A stretch of DNA of 64,000 bases, from positions 89,466,001 to 89,530,000 of the forward strand of contig NC_135811.1 of assembly GCF_964213995.1 (NCBI RefSeq), written 5' to 3'. Below, in pieces: positions 36,757-49,644 of the stretch. The DNA comes from Mustelus asterias (taxonomy: Eukaryota). A model generated the notes under the pieces. It was given only the letters and a program-made list of their open reading frames with translations, was not told the DNA's origin and searched no databases. A program made the position numbers and the translations under genes. The first letter of the stretch is position 1. The number at the start of each line of letters is the position of its first letter.

Positions 36757-37349
36757 AGTAAGAAGTCTCACAACACCAGGTTAAAGTCCAACAGGTTTAT
36801 TTGGTAGCACAAGCTTTCGGAGCGCTGCCCCTTCATCAGGTGAGTGAAGAATTGGGATCATAAACAGGGCATATATAGACACAAACTCAATTACAAGATA
36901 ATGATTGGAATGCGAGTCTTAACATGTAATCAAGTCTTTACAGTTGCAGACAATGCGAGTGGAGATAGGGTTAAGCACAGGTTAAAGAGATGTGAATTGT
37001 CTCAAGCCAGGACAGTTAGTGAGATTTTGCAAGCCCAGGCACGTCGTGGGGGTTACAGATAGTGTGACATGAACCCAAGGTCCCAGTTGAGGCCATCCTC
37101 ATGTGGGGAACTTGACTGTCAGTTTCTGCTTGGCGATCCTGCGTTGTGTGTCTTGAAGGCTGTCTTGGAGAACACTTACCCGAAGATCAGAGGCTGAATG
37201 CCCTTGACTGCTGAAGTGTCCCCCGACAGGAAGGGAACACTTCTGCCTGGTGATTGTCGAGCGGTGTCCATTCATCCGTTGTCGTACCGTCTGTGAGATT
37301 TCTTGCTGTGCTTACCCCAGTCCAACACCAGCACCTCCACGTCATGACA
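36757..37349 (-). mobile_element. Penelope-like element 3' portion (GIY-YIG endonuclease C-terminus, terminal repeat, inverted tail)
   Basis: Minus peptide 'RQRMNGHRSTITRQKCSLPVGGHFSSQGHSASDLRVSVLQ...EDGLNWDLGFMSHY'; 9-bp TSD accacgact (36748-36756, 37350-37358); short inverted tail ~37293-37345. Confidence 0.9.
36808..36842 (-). ncRNA. Minimal type I hammerhead ribozyme motif
   Basis: CAC-CUGAUGA-A-GGGGC(AGC)GCUCC-GAAA-GC-UU^GUG: full core, stems I and II paired, palindromic AGCU stem III. Confidence 0.8.
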
Positions 37350-38814
37350 ACCACGACTGGCTCAGCTGTGGTTGGGGATGGTGCAGGAGGAAGGATTGGA
37401 AAGGAATAGTGGCAGGCGATTCTATAGTTAGGAAAACAGACAAGTGTTTCTGCAGCTACAGATATGAATCCATGATGGTATGTTGCCTGTCTGATACCAG
37501 GGGTTGCAAACCACTCTGATGGATGAGAGCTAATAGCTAGCACACATAGTTCATATCAGTACCAACTATAGGTAAAAAGAGGCATGAATTTCTACAGACA
37601 GATTATAGGGAATTGAGGAAGAAACTAGCAAGCAGAACATTCAAAGGGAGTAATTGGAATGCCATGCCCTAGTGAGTACAGCAATAGAAAGCCAGAGCAG
37701 ATGAATGTATGGCTGCAGGGCTTTAGGTTTCTGGGATATTGGGACTGGTTCTGGGGGAGATGGAATCTGCATAAACTAGACAAGTTACACCTGAACAGAC
37801 CTGGCTAATATCATTATGGGGCATGTTTTGCCAGTGTTTTTGGGGTAGATTGCAACTAATTTGAACCAGGAGATAACATTAGAGGAAAATAAAAACAAGG
37901 TGCATGAAGAATTGGGAGAGGCAGATTGCACCAGAAAGAAATTGTAAGGGCTTAGGTGAAGTAGTAGGCAATGCATTAAGGTTTAAGTTCGAGTTCCTGT
38001 GCATATATGTGTGGTATATCAAATTGGTGAGCTGCAGGTGCAGATAGCCATTTGGAAATATGGTGAGTCAAGAATGGAGAGTTGGCTTAAAGACAGGACT
38101 GGATGCTAAATATTCCTGGATAATTAGGCTGCCAGCTAGTGGACAAGATAGAATCATTATAACGAGGAACTTCAATTATCCCAAACAGACTGGAATATTA
38201 ATTGCGTAAAAGGCAGAGTGGGGGAAGAGTTACTGAAACGTGTTCAGGAAAATTTTCTACACCAGTATGTTTCTGGCCTTTCAAGGAAGGAGGTGTTGCT
38301 GGATCTGGTTCTGAGGAATGAAGTAGAAAGTCAAGTGAACGTCAGTTGGAGAACACATAGGGGACAGTGATCATTGTATCATTTGGTTTAGGTTAGCAAT
38401 AGAAAAGGGCAAGGAGCAATCCAGAGTAAAAATAATTAATTACAGACAGACCAATTTCAAGGGGGTGAGGATCTCTCTGGCCCAGGTAAATTGAAATTAA
38501 GGCAAAACTGTAATAGAACCACGGGCTGCCTTTAAAGAGCCAATAATTCAGGTGTGGTTGAGGTACCTTCCCACAAGCAGAAAAGGTAGGACGAACAAAG
38601 CCAGAGTTCAATTGAAGGTGAAAAAGGCTGCATGTGACAGATGCCTTGTTAATCTAAGTGAGAACCAGGTTGCATGTAGAAAGTTCTGATCGGAAGTGAA
38701 AACTGAGAAGCAGAGAATACAAGAAGAGACTGACAGCTAACCTAGCAAGAGATCCAAAAATCTTCTGGAGGCATATAAATAGTAAAAAGCTGTTTTAAGT
38801 TTTTTAGCTTAAGC

Positions 38815-39093
38815 TGGGGGTGGAACAGTGGCACAGTGGTTCATACTGTTGCCTCACAGCGCCGGAGACCTGGGTTTGATTCCCGCCTTGGGTCACTGTC
38901 TGTATAGAGTCTGCACATTCTCCCCGTGTCTGTGTGGGTTTCCTCCCACAGTCCAAAAGACGTGCTGGTTAGGTGCATTGGCTGCTAAATTCTCCCTCGG
39001 TGTACCCGAACAGGCACTGGAGTGTGGTAACTGGGGATTTTCACAGTAACTTCATTGCAGTGTTAATGTAAGCCTGCTTATGACACAAATAAT
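38815..39093 (+). mobile_element. V-SINE, Rex/Babar-like tail type
   Basis: A/B boxes, V core with small deletion, tail 'ttcattgcagtgttaatgtaagcctgcttatgacacaaataat'. Confidence 0.85.
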
Positions 39094-39429
39094 AGTAAAA
39101 GGAGGAATGAAACCGATTAGTTATTAAAAAAAGTCATTTTCACCTGGTGGCAGAGGGCAAGGCTGAGGTACTAAATGAGCCCTTTGTATCTTTCTTTACC
39201 AAGGAAGAAGATGCTGTCTAAATGAGAGTGAAAGGAGGAGGCAGTTGAGACACTTGATGGGCTGCTTCTCCTTCTTTAGTTCTCTGCCCAAAGGCAGGAT
39301 TGACCACAGTGCCACAACATTCACCATGGTAGGGCAAGGAGGCAGGACTGTTGGCACTAATCTGATCCACACTGGCTGTCCAGTGAACTGAGCCAACTGA
39401 ACCCCCAAGGAATCTGTTGTTGTAGCAAC

Positions 39430-39706
39430 ATGCACTTTTTTGCATGCATGTTGTTGCCTGGATTTATGGATCATTATGGTAGAGGCTCCAACATTCTTTT
39501 CATCACATGGCTGACTTGGAAAATCTCCCACTCTCTTACTGCTTGCCATTAAGTATGCTGGAAGGATATACAAGTTGTTACTCAAACTGTTTGGCTATGT
39601 TATGAATGCACCTTCTTTTGGACATCAGGTCCTGGATTAGGACTTGATCCCAGAGCCTCTGGCTCAGCAGCAAGGACACTACCCACTGCAATGCAAGACT
39701 TCCTAC
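39430..39706 (-). mobile_element. Unnamed tRNA-derived SINE (sister of 58095-58350)
   Basis: Shared 'tggctgac..tctcccactct..aggat.tacaagttg..ctcaa.ctgtttg..cacctt..ctggctcag'; tRNA-like head on minus. Confidence 0.6.
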
Positions 39707-40889
39707 TGGATAAACTGATAAAGCAAGGGTTTGGAAAGCCTGCCTGCACTTAAAAGTTGATAAGTCACCAGGACCTGAAAAGATGCATCTGAGCATACTC
39801 ATTAAAAAACTCTATCACTTGAGTTGATGAGGCTAATGTGGTTGATATGGTGTAAATGGACTTCCAAATTGGTGTAGATGGAAGTTGAGTTGAGAAGTTC
39901 GATTTAGAGTACAAGTAACTGTGTTCCATGTGCATTTAATACCATTTAAGATAGTGTTACGGATAAATGTTAATATTCATATTCTTTGATTTGAATTGCG
40001 AATCTTTTAGCTTCATTCCTTTAATAAACACATGGGTTATTTGGTTCTAAAACAAAAAAATAAACACATTATTGGTCTCTACTGAGATGATAAAAGTGGC
40101 AGATGAAATTTAATGCAGAGGATGTGATGAGATGTATCGTAGCAGGAAGAGTGAGCAGAGGTTGTATAAAATAATGGATTCAATTCTAAAGGGGTTGTAG
40201 AAGCAGAGGGATCTGGGGGTATATGTGCACAAACTGTTGAAGGGTGGAAAGGCAGGTTGGGAAAGTGATTTAAAACACGAGATGCTGGGTTTTATGAATA
40301 ACAAGAATACAAAAGCATGAAAGTTATGGTGGACTTTCATAAAACACTAGTTGAATCTCAACAAGAATATAGTGCCAATACTGGGCACTACCCTTTAGGA
40401 AGGATATGAAAGCATTAGAGTGGGTGCAGAAAAGATTTATCGGACGAAGGACTTGTGGATAGATTTGAAAAGCTGAGGTTCTTGTCCTTGGAGAAGAGAA
40501 GGTTGAAAGTGACTTGATGGAGATATTTAAAATCATGAGGGGTCTGTACAGAGTAGATAGGGAGGAACTTCCCATTGCCAGAAGATTCAAGAACAGGGGA
40601 CACTGATATAAGGTGAATGGCAGAAGAACCAAAAGTGACTGAAAGGCTTATTTACACAGAGTGGTTAGGCTGTGGAATGCATTGCCGAACTGTGTGATGG
40701 AGACAGTTTTAATTGTTACTTTCAAAAGGGTACTGGATAATTATTTAGAGGAAATGCGGAGCTGCAAGGAAAAGATGGGGAGAGTCAGATTAACTTTGTT
40801 ACTCTTTCAGAGAATAAGATGGTCCAAATGACCACCTTCTTTTCTGTAACTATTCTATAAAACAAACAGGGCTATGTTGTCAGACTGAC

Positions 40890-41325
40890 ATAAAAATAGA
40901 AGCCATTTGAGCCTGCTCTGCCATTTAGTATGACTGTGGCTGATCCTCGATCTCAACGCCATCCTCCCACGCTCTCTACATATCACTTGATGCCTTTATA
41001 GTCTGAAATGTATCTATTTTCTTCTTAAATATATTCAGTGACTTGACCTTCACAGCCTTCTGTGGTAGAAAATTCCACATGTTTACCACCCTCTTGAGAG
41101 AAGAAGTTTCTCCTCATCTCAGTTCTAAATAGTTTACCTGAGACTGTGACCAATTTTTCTGGACCCCTGGCCAGAGGAAACAACATTCCTGCATCCAGTC
41201 TGTCTAGCCCTCTCAGAATTTTAAAGCTTCAATGAGATCCCTTCTCGTTCTTCTACATTCCATTGAATATATTCCCCGTCAACCCAAATTCTCCTTGTAT
41301 GACAATCCTGCGGTCTCAGGAATCA
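40890..41325 (-). mobile_element. CR1 3' fragment
   Basis: 'gccatttgagcctgctctgccatt..ccttcacagccttctgtggtagaaaattcca', typical antisense CR1 end. Confidence 0.7.
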
Positions 41326-41569
41326 GGACTTGAATGTTGTGGAATCACATGACCCTTAGCATATTACAGGGCAGGAAATTTTGGGGGACATTATAGAATT
41401 CACACTGGGACATAGCATGGAGAGAAACCTGAACAGAAATTAATAATTTCAAGCACAAAAACGGCATTATGGAATGGAAATGCATTATTTTAATTAAGCA
41501 CTTTTATAGATATGTAGCATAGCAATGCATAAATAATGTAGAAGCTAAATGGTATTTTGATGCTGCCTT

Positions 41570-42650
41570 TCCAGTCATTCTAACACATTCTGACAAGGCA
41601 GGAGAGAATGGTACTAATATGGGAATTGATGAACACACCATGACAGAAAGGAACAGAGAGTAACAATCCAAGAATACATCAAGTAAGGCTTGATGCTACA
41701 AAAATAATGGACAAAGCGAAAGGCATGCAGCATTTGAAACAAAACAGATGAGTGAGAGTGCAAATAGAAATTATAAGTACAATCTGATAACCGTTACAGA
41801 GATATGGCTACAGGATGACACGATTGGGACCTGAATATTGAAGAGTAGGAAGGACGGGAAGTTAAAAAAGATAGTGGGTTAGCTCTGTTAATTAATGATG
41901 GTATTAGCACATTAGAGGGAGGACCTAAGTTCAGGAAACTAGGATGCAGAAGCTGTTTGGGTTGAGATGAGAAATGATAAAGATAAGGAGTCGCTTGTGG
42001 GAGTCTAAGGCCCCTTGATTGTAACTACATGGTAGGACAGAGTATAAAAGAAGAAATATTGGAAGTTTGTCAGAAAGGTATGGCGATAATCGTGGACACA
42101 TTATGTATAGATTGGAAAAATCAGATGGGCACAGGAGTGTAGGTGACGAATTCATAATGTTTTGGGGATAATTTCTTGGATGAGGATGTTCTGGAGCCAG
42201 CCAGAGGGCAGGTTATACTAGACCTGGTAATGTGTAATGAGATAGGATTAATTGATAACCTCACAATGAAGGCACCTCTCGGAAGCAGCGATCATAATCT
42301 GATTGAATTTTACATTCAGATTGAGGGAGAGAAGAATGTGTTCAAGACTAACATTTTAAACTGAAGGGCAATTATGAGGGTATGAAAGTGGAATGTGAAC
42401 TAGCAAATGTGCTTAGGGATCGATCAATGGAGGTTAACTGGCAGATATTTGAAGGGATATTTCAGAATACGCAGAATAGAAACATTCCAACGAGAAATAC
42501 AAATTCTAAATGGAGGGCCCATCATTTGTGGTTAAAGACAGTATTAAACTTAAAGAAAAAGTATGTATTTGTGTAAAGATGAATGGCAGATCAGAAGATT
42601 GGAAGACTATAAAGAACTTCAAAGAATGACAATAAGATTAATAAGGGGGA
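41570..42650 (+). mobile_element. Old CR1 endonuclease/linker fragment
   Basis: 'TVTEIWLQD' and 'EPARGQVILDLVMCNEIGLIDNL..PLGSSDHNLIEF' (AP-endonuclease SDH motif). Confidence 0.8.
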
Positions 42651-43000
42651 AATACTTTTCCATAAATCATCTTTTTAAAAAATGAAGTGATAAGTATTTG
42701 GATGAAGGAAAAACTGGTAGAAAGCATTGCCAAGTACAGGTGCAAAATGCACGTTCCACGAATGAGAAAATACAGGGCTATGTTCCAGTAGATGAAATGT
42801 ACTTTAAAATGTATTTTATGCCTATTGATATTTAAAATGAAAAAATCATTGCTAAAATTAAAATATTTTACCAAATAAATTAGCAGATTGCTTGAGCATT
42901 TCTGAATCACGTACCACGAATTCATGTATTTTTTTTAGAGCACAATGTGGAAATTACTCAACCACATGGCAAAAATATTTCCACTAAGTAGAAAGACGTT

Positions 43001-43717
43001 GGGTGTGATATTCCCAAAATAATCCAACTTTTTTTGGCGAGCTGAGTTAAATGAACTCTCGGCACTCTGTGCAACACAGAGGTCATCAGGAGAATCACGC
43101 TAGTAGGGAGCACGGCGCCTAATCCTGCTTGAGAGGCCGGCAGCAGAGTGCTGAGGGGGGCCACTGTGTATACTGGGACATCAGTTGGCATGCAACCCCT
43201 TTCCCCGACATTGCTGGCCTCCCGATCGCCTGTCCTGGCCTCCCGATCGCTCGGCCCACATTAGCCCCCACCCCTGATGCTGAGCCCCCCTTTCCCACCT
43301 CTCCCTCTTCACTCCACCCTCTCAGACTTGCTCCATTGGCACTGCCAGGGTGCCCCAGCTGACAGTGCCAGGCTGGTACTGCCCCAGACCTCCTGGAGGG
43401 CCTCAATGGCCTCGGGTCCCATCAGCGAGGCCATCACGTCAGGTCCCGATTGCTGGGGACCATACGTGATCCCTCCTTGTGTGGACCTCCACTGGCATGG
43501 GCGGAAACATAAGTGAGCCTGGACAATTGCGTCCCAGGCTCGCTAAATAGATTGAAATGACCTCATGAATATTGTAACCAGCCTGGTGCCGTTCCCCAGC
43601 ACGAGGCTGATTACGTCAGACAAAATGACCAGGGCGATTCCTGTTTTTGGCCTCCAGTTTTAATTTCCTGCCCCACTATGCTACTCACCAGTGTAGCGGG
43701 GTGGGAAAATCGCATGC
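43001..43717. mobile_element. GC-rich MITE, PIF/Harbinger-like
   Basis: Degenerate TIRs GGGTGTGATATTCCC ... GGGAAAATCGCATGC; internal short repeat 'ggcctcccgatcgc' x2 and palindrome 'tggcactg..cagtgcca'. Confidence 0.6.
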
Positions 43718-44479
43718 AATGCTTTAATATGTGCCTCTTGGTAAATGGAAATGTATGATTCTTCCAAACTCCAGGGAACATGACATATTGCATCTCTGGC
43801 TCTTTGATAAGTTTATTCAGCTGAAATGAGATACGTGCTTGAAAGTCGGCCAGTCCTTTGGATTTAGCACAGAGCAGTATTCTTTATGTTTGTTGTTTCT
43901 AAGAAATGTCAAGCTAGAAAATGTTGGTACCAACTTTTATTGAAAAAAATCCTTTTCCCACCCCATCAATGAATGAAGTTAAAGGGAAATAAAAAATAGT
44001 AACCAGCTGGATTAGAAGTGCCAGGAAACAGGTAGTTTTGATAAATCTATATTTGTATTCATGGGGATTAGAAACAAGTTATAGGTTTAGTTTAATTTTG
44101 TGTTTCTGTGTAAGGAAGGATTAAAACAGTTAGCTTCATGTTAAACTAAGGTGCCCATGTGTCTGTGGGTTCGATTTCATTTCAAACTGTGCCTGCATTG
44201 TAAAACAATTATTGAGGTAAAGAAACTAAGCCCCACACTGAAAAGCATAAGCACTTGTGGTTCAGTTGGAACCAGGCATCCGAGAAGAGAACAGCTCCCA
44301 CAAAAACTGCCAGCAAAAGCAGGATAATTGAGTAATGGGCAAAAAGCAAGTCCTAGAAGCTAAAAAATGAAAGTTCAAGAAACCAAGGAATGAAAAGAGA
44401 AGTCCTAGGGAAAATTGAAGTCAAAGGGACAAAGAAGGAACCTGAACAAGATTATCAACAATTGACCAATCCGGTTAAA

Positions 44480-45080
44480 AACATTCGAACAAGGAGCAGG
44501 AGTAGGCCATTCAGCCCCTCGAGCCTGCTCTGCCATTTAATAAGATCATGGCTGAACTGATCTGCATCCTACCAACCATCATAGCTAATCATCCTGCCTA
44601 CTCCTGATCAACTGTCACCCCTTGCTTACCAAGAATCTATCCACGTCTGGCTTAAAAATATTCAAAGACTCTGCTTCCACTGCCTTTTCAGGAAGAGATT
44701 TCCAAGGTTGCGCAACCCTCTGAGAGAAACAAATTCACCTCATCTCTGTTTTAAATGGGCGACCACTTTATTTTTAAACAGTGGCCCCTACTTCTAGATT
44801 CTCCCACAAGTAGCAACATCCTCTCCACATCCAACCTATCAAGTCCTCGCAAGATCTTGTATGTTTCAATCAAATTGCCTCTTGCTCTTCTAAACTTCAG
44901 CGAACGCAAGACTAGCCTGTCCATCCTTGCCTCATAAGGCAATCTGCCCATTGCAGGCATTAGTCTGGTAAACCTTCTCTGAACTGCTTCCAACGCATAT
45001 ATGTTCTTCCTTAAATAAGATGACTAATATTGTATACAGTAATCCAGTTGTGGGCTCACTACTGCTCTGTATACTCAGTG
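44480..45080 (-). mobile_element. CR1 3' fragment
   Basis: ORF 44751-44993 'EAVQRRFTRL..GNLIETYKILRGLDR'. Confidence 0.85.
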
Positions 45081-45849
45081 CTTTCTTATCTGCTCTACAA
45101 TGGCTATCTCCATGGCATTGAGTGACAGTTCAGTATAAGCTGGAAACCTACTCCTTTGCAATGAGTTCCCTTCCTTTTTGTCACAATTTATTATTGGATC
45201 TTAAACTTGGGCCAAAGGAAGCCTTTTTTTAAAACATGCCTAGAAAGTCATTTGGCCATGTGCCTTACATTGTATAAGCAGGGCCCAGAAAAATAAAATC
45301 TCCCTTCACTCTTCTCCGCATGATCCTGAAGAAATTGTTCAAGCTAAAGTTGGCTCCATTACAACCCTCATAGCCCTCAGGGACTGATAATGAATCACTA
45401 ATTGGGACAGAGATCATTTGTACCTTACAATCAGTATTTTCATCCTTTCATTGAGACCTATAAAGCTCGCGAGTCTGCCAACAACGCACTATCACCTGTG
45501 AAAAAAAGTGCTGTAATTCTTTCAGAAGTGGCTGGAACTGGTGATCTGTGACTGCCCTTTTTAGAATGCTATCCAACATATCATTGATGACATTGAATAG
45601 CATGCATGTGTGACATTGAATGACTTTGTTTTGCTTTCTGTTTTGAGGGAAATGGATTTAGTAAGCTTCCTATCTATGTCAGATCTTGAAACTGTAGTTT
45701 ATATCCTGGATGAAAAGCCAGTTTTTTCAGTTTCTCCATGAAGGCTGAACGAGACACTGGGTTACGTACTTTATAAAAATGTAATTGGGTTTCTCCTGAG
45801 ATTTGCAATGTTCTGCAGCAATGTGTAAAGCTATATTCTGTCCAACACA

Positions 45850-47085
45850 TTCTTTGTGACAGTAACCCAAACCAAGCATCAGTGAGCAGGTTACTGCTGA
45901 GTAAGTGCCACTTGAAAGCACAGTCGTGACACCTTCCATTATTTGCTGATGACTGAGTGGAGACTGATGGGGCGATAATTAGCTGGGTTAGATTTGTCCT
46001 GCTTTTTGTGGACAGGACATACCTGGGCAATTTTCCACATTACTGGGTGGATGCTAGCATTGTAGCTGTACTGGCCAGTTGTGGAACACAAGACTATAGT
46101 ACTATTGCCAGAATGTTGTCAGGACCCATAGTCTTTGGAGTATTAAGTGCCTTCATCCTATTGTTGATATCATGTCGAGTGAATTGAATTGGCTGAAGAC
46201 TGATATCTGTGATGATGGGGTCATCAGGAGGAGGTCAAAATGGATCATCCAGTCGGCACTTCTGGCTGGAGATAGCTGTAAATGCTTCTGCCCTGTCTTT
46301 TGCACTGTGTAATGGGTTCCACCATTATTTAGGATGGGGATATTTGTGCAGCCTCCTTACTGTTTAATTATCCACCACCATTCACAACTGGATGTAGTAG
46401 GACTGCAGAGCATTTCAAGCTTTCAAGAAGGAATTATCGCTCCAGGGGCTAAAGGGATCAAGGGATATGGGATGGAAGGAAGGATTAGGGTGTCGAATTT
46501 GACAGTCAGCCATGATCATAATGAATGGCGGAGCAAGCTCGAAGGGCCGAATGGCCTACTTCTATTTTTTGCGTTTATATGTTTCTATGTATTGATCTGA
46601 TTGTGGGATTGTTTAACTCAGTCTATTGCATGCTGTTTACGCTATTGTGCATGTAAGTAGTACTGTGTTATAGCTTCACTAAATTTAAACTTTATTTTGA
46701 GGTGTGCAGGGTGCTGTGTCTGGCACACACTCTGCATTCTTCGCTGAACCAGGGTTGATTCCCTAGCTTGAATGTAATGGTAGAGTAGGGGATATGCCCA
46801 TCCATGAGATTACAAATTGTGTTTTGACTGTAATTCTGCTGCTGATGATGGCCCCCAGAGCCCCATGAATGCCGTTTTGAATTGCTAGACCTGTTCAAAA
46901 TCTTTCCCATTTAGCACAGTGGTGGTGTCACAGAACACTGAAGGTTATGCCCTTTGTGAAGACCGGACTTCAAGGACTGTGCAGCGGATACTCCTACCGA
47001 TACTGACTTGGGAGATGCATGTGTGACAGGTTGTTTGGTGAGGATGAGGCCAGGTAGAGTCCCCTCTTGTTTGTTCCCATATTTC
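45850..47085 (-). mobile_element. Family B LINE fragment with a CR1 tail inserted at ~46410-46590
   Basis: 'IPYSTITFKLGNQPWFSEEC' (46692-46910); homologous to 11600-12060; inserted plus-strand CR1 end 'gaagggccgaatggcctacttct'. Confidence 0.75.
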
Positions 47086-47506
47086 TGAGGGCCTGGAATC
47101 ACAAGTAGGCCTGATCAGGTGAGGACAGCATATTTTCTCCCCCAAATGACATTAGTGCACCAGATGGGTTTTTATGACAATCAATAATGGTTTCATAGGC
47201 CCATAACTTCTGGCCTGAATGCTGGTTGAAGTAGATTATGCATCGCACATGTGCATCAGGACAACACCGAAGTCCCGGCGCATGCACTTGTACGCTGAAA
47301 GAGTGCCAATTCTGAACCTCCGATCGAGGTTCTGAAAGTTGCCAGTATTGAAGTGCCGAGCTGCAATTGTGCCAAAGCTTCCGTCACTTGTGCTGATGTT
47401 AGGTGAGTTTTTCCCCTTATTTATTTGCACTGTTATTTTTTGGCCCAGCTGCAGCAAGTAAAGGCAACAGGCGTTCTTTGGGAGATGTTTAACATGTATC
47501 ATCGGC

Positions 47507-48947
47507 AGCCACAGGCGAGATGCCTAAAGGTTGGAGGGTAGCAAATGTTGTGCCTTTGTTTAAGAAAGGCTGCAGGGAAAAGCCTGGGAACTACAAACCG
47601 GTGAGTCTAATGTCTGTAGTGGTAACTTGTTCAAAGGTATTCTGAGAGACAGGATCTACAGGCATTTAGAGAGGCAAGGACTGATTAGGGACAGTCAGCA
47701 TAGCTTTGTGAATGGAAAATCATGTCTCACAAAGTTGATTGAGTTTTTTAAAGGGGTAACCTAGAAGGTAGATGAGGGCAGTGTAGTCGACATTATCTAT
47801 GGACTTTAGCAAGGCCTTTGACAAGGTAGCATGGTAGGTTGTTGCATAAGGTTAAATCTCACGGGATCTGGGGTGAGGTAGCCAATTGGATACAAAATTG
47901 GCCTGATGATAGAAGACGGCGGATGGTTGTAGAGGGTTGTTTTTCAAGCTGGATGCCTGTGGCCAGCAGTGTGCCTCAGGGATCAGTGCCAGGTCCACTG
48001 TTATTTGTCATTTATATTAATTATTTGGATGAGAATTTAGGAGGCATGGTTAATTTGTTTGCAGGTTGGTGCATAGTGGACAGTGAAGAAGGTTATCAAG
48101 GTTTGCAAGGGGATCTTGATCAATTGGGCCAGTGGGCCAAAAAATGGCAGATGGAGTTTAATTTAGATAAATGAGAGGTGCAATTTGGTAGATCGAATCA
48201 GGGCAGGACCTACTCAGTTAATGGTAGCGCGTTGAGGAGAGTTGTAGAACAAAGAGATCTAGGAGTACAGGTTCATAGCTCCTTGAAAGTCGAGTCACAG
48301 GTGGACAGGGTGGGGACGAAGGCATTCGGCATGCTTGGTTTCATTGGTCAGAACACTGAATACAGGAATTGGGATGTCTTGTTGAAGTTGTACAAAACAT
48401 TAGTAAGACCACACTTGGAATACTGTGTACAATTCTGCTCACCCTATTATAGAAAGGATACTATTAAACTAGAAAGAGTGCAGAAAAGATTTACTAGGAT
48501 GCTACCAGCGCTTGTTGGTTTGAGTTATAAGGAGAGGCTGGAAAGACTGGGACTTTTTTCCCTGGAGGCTTGGGGGTGATCTTAGAAAGGTCTGTAAAGT
48601 AATGAGGGGCATAGATGAGGTAGATAGTCAACATCTTTCCCCAAAGGTAGGTGAGTCTGAAACTAGAGGGCATAGGTTTAAGGTGAGAGGGGAGAAATAC
48701 AAAAGGGTCCAGAGGGGCAATTATTCCACTGAGGGTGGTGAGTGTCTGGAACGAGCTGCCAGATGTAGTAGTAGAGGTGGGTACAATTTTGTCTTTTAAA
48801 AAGCATTTAGACAGTTTCATGGGTAAAATGGATATAGAGGGATATGAGCCAAATGCGGCAAATGGGACTAGTTTAGTAGTAAAATCTGGGCGGCATGGAT
48901 TGGTTGGGCTGAAGGGCCTGTTTCCATGCTGTAAACCTCTGACTGTA
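47507..48947 (+). mobile_element. CR1 ORF2 RT to 3' end, frameshifted
   Basis: 'KPGNYKPVSL', 'VPQGSVPGPLLFVIYIN', 'LVRPHLEYC', 'VWNELP' in ORFs 47839-49001. Confidence 0.93.
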
Positions 48948-49232
48948 TGTAAAACACACAAAGTGAAACAATTTTTTTTACAACTTTGTCATGATATCTA
49001 ATTCCAGTAAGGAAGTTTATTCATATATTACAAGGTGGATGTTGGTGTTTGGAATAAATTTTAGCATTTGGATTTTGCAATATATTTTAAGCAGTATATA
49101 AGAGTGATGTAACATTGATCCTTATGCAACTTGGCTAGTTCAATTGCTTTAGGAAAGTGTATCCCTTCAGATGACCTATGCAAGTCTCCTGTAAGCTGAT
49201 GTGAACTATCTCTCTGATAGATATTATAGAAT

Positions 49233-49497
49233 AGTAAGAGTTTTAACAACACCAGGTTAAAGTCCAACAGGTTTATTTGGTAGCAAATGCCATTAGCTTT
49301 CGGAGCCCTGCTCCTTCATCAGATGGAGTGGATATCTGCTCCCAAACAAGCCACACAGAGACACAAAATCAATTTACAGAATACTGATTAGAATGCGAAT
49401 CTTTACAGCTAATCAAGTCTTGAAGATACAGACAATGTGAGTGGAGGGAGTATTAGGCACAGGTTAAAGAAATGTGTATTGTCTCCAGACAGGACAG
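49233..49497 (-). mobile_element. Penelope-like terminal fragment (subfamily of 36757)
   Basis: Collinear with 36757-37015 ('caccaggttaaagtccaacaggtttatttggtagc..gcacaggttaaaga'). Confidence 0.85.
49290..49326 (-). ncRNA. Minimal type I hammerhead ribozyme motif
   Basis: CCAU-CUGAUGA-A-GGAGC(AGG)GCUCC-GAAA-GC-UA^AUGG; 4-bp stem I and 5-bp stem II. Confidence 0.8.
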
Positions 49498-49644
49498 ATA
49501 TTATCGAATCCAGTGCAGATTGAAAATCTAGAGTCATGTTCCACCACCGTTGGAACATCGCACTTTTAGCTTGATGCTTAACTGAAGTTATTTTTGAGGC
49601 GTTGATGTAGGCATGGAAGAGTCAGGCTACATGTAAAATCAAAA

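Larger units (their letters stand above)
35380..40860 (+). mobile_element. Old near-full-length CR1 (5' region, ORF1 with SGNH-esterase-like domain, ORF2 with deletion), multiply interrupted
   Basis: 'GIVAGDSIVRKTDKCFC..MVCCL' (37400-37500); endonuclease remnants 'NFNYP' and 'LLDLVLRNE' (38160-38330); 'DKSPGPEKMH' (39755-39790); 3' end to ~40860. Confidence 0.75.

Noticed and set aside
43119-43516. GC-rich ORFs or CpG island
   Set aside because: They lie inside a TIR-bounded MITE; openness follows from GC content.
43990-44460. Possible LTR fragment
   Set aside because: Composition is LTR-like but no termini, TSD or second copy are visible.
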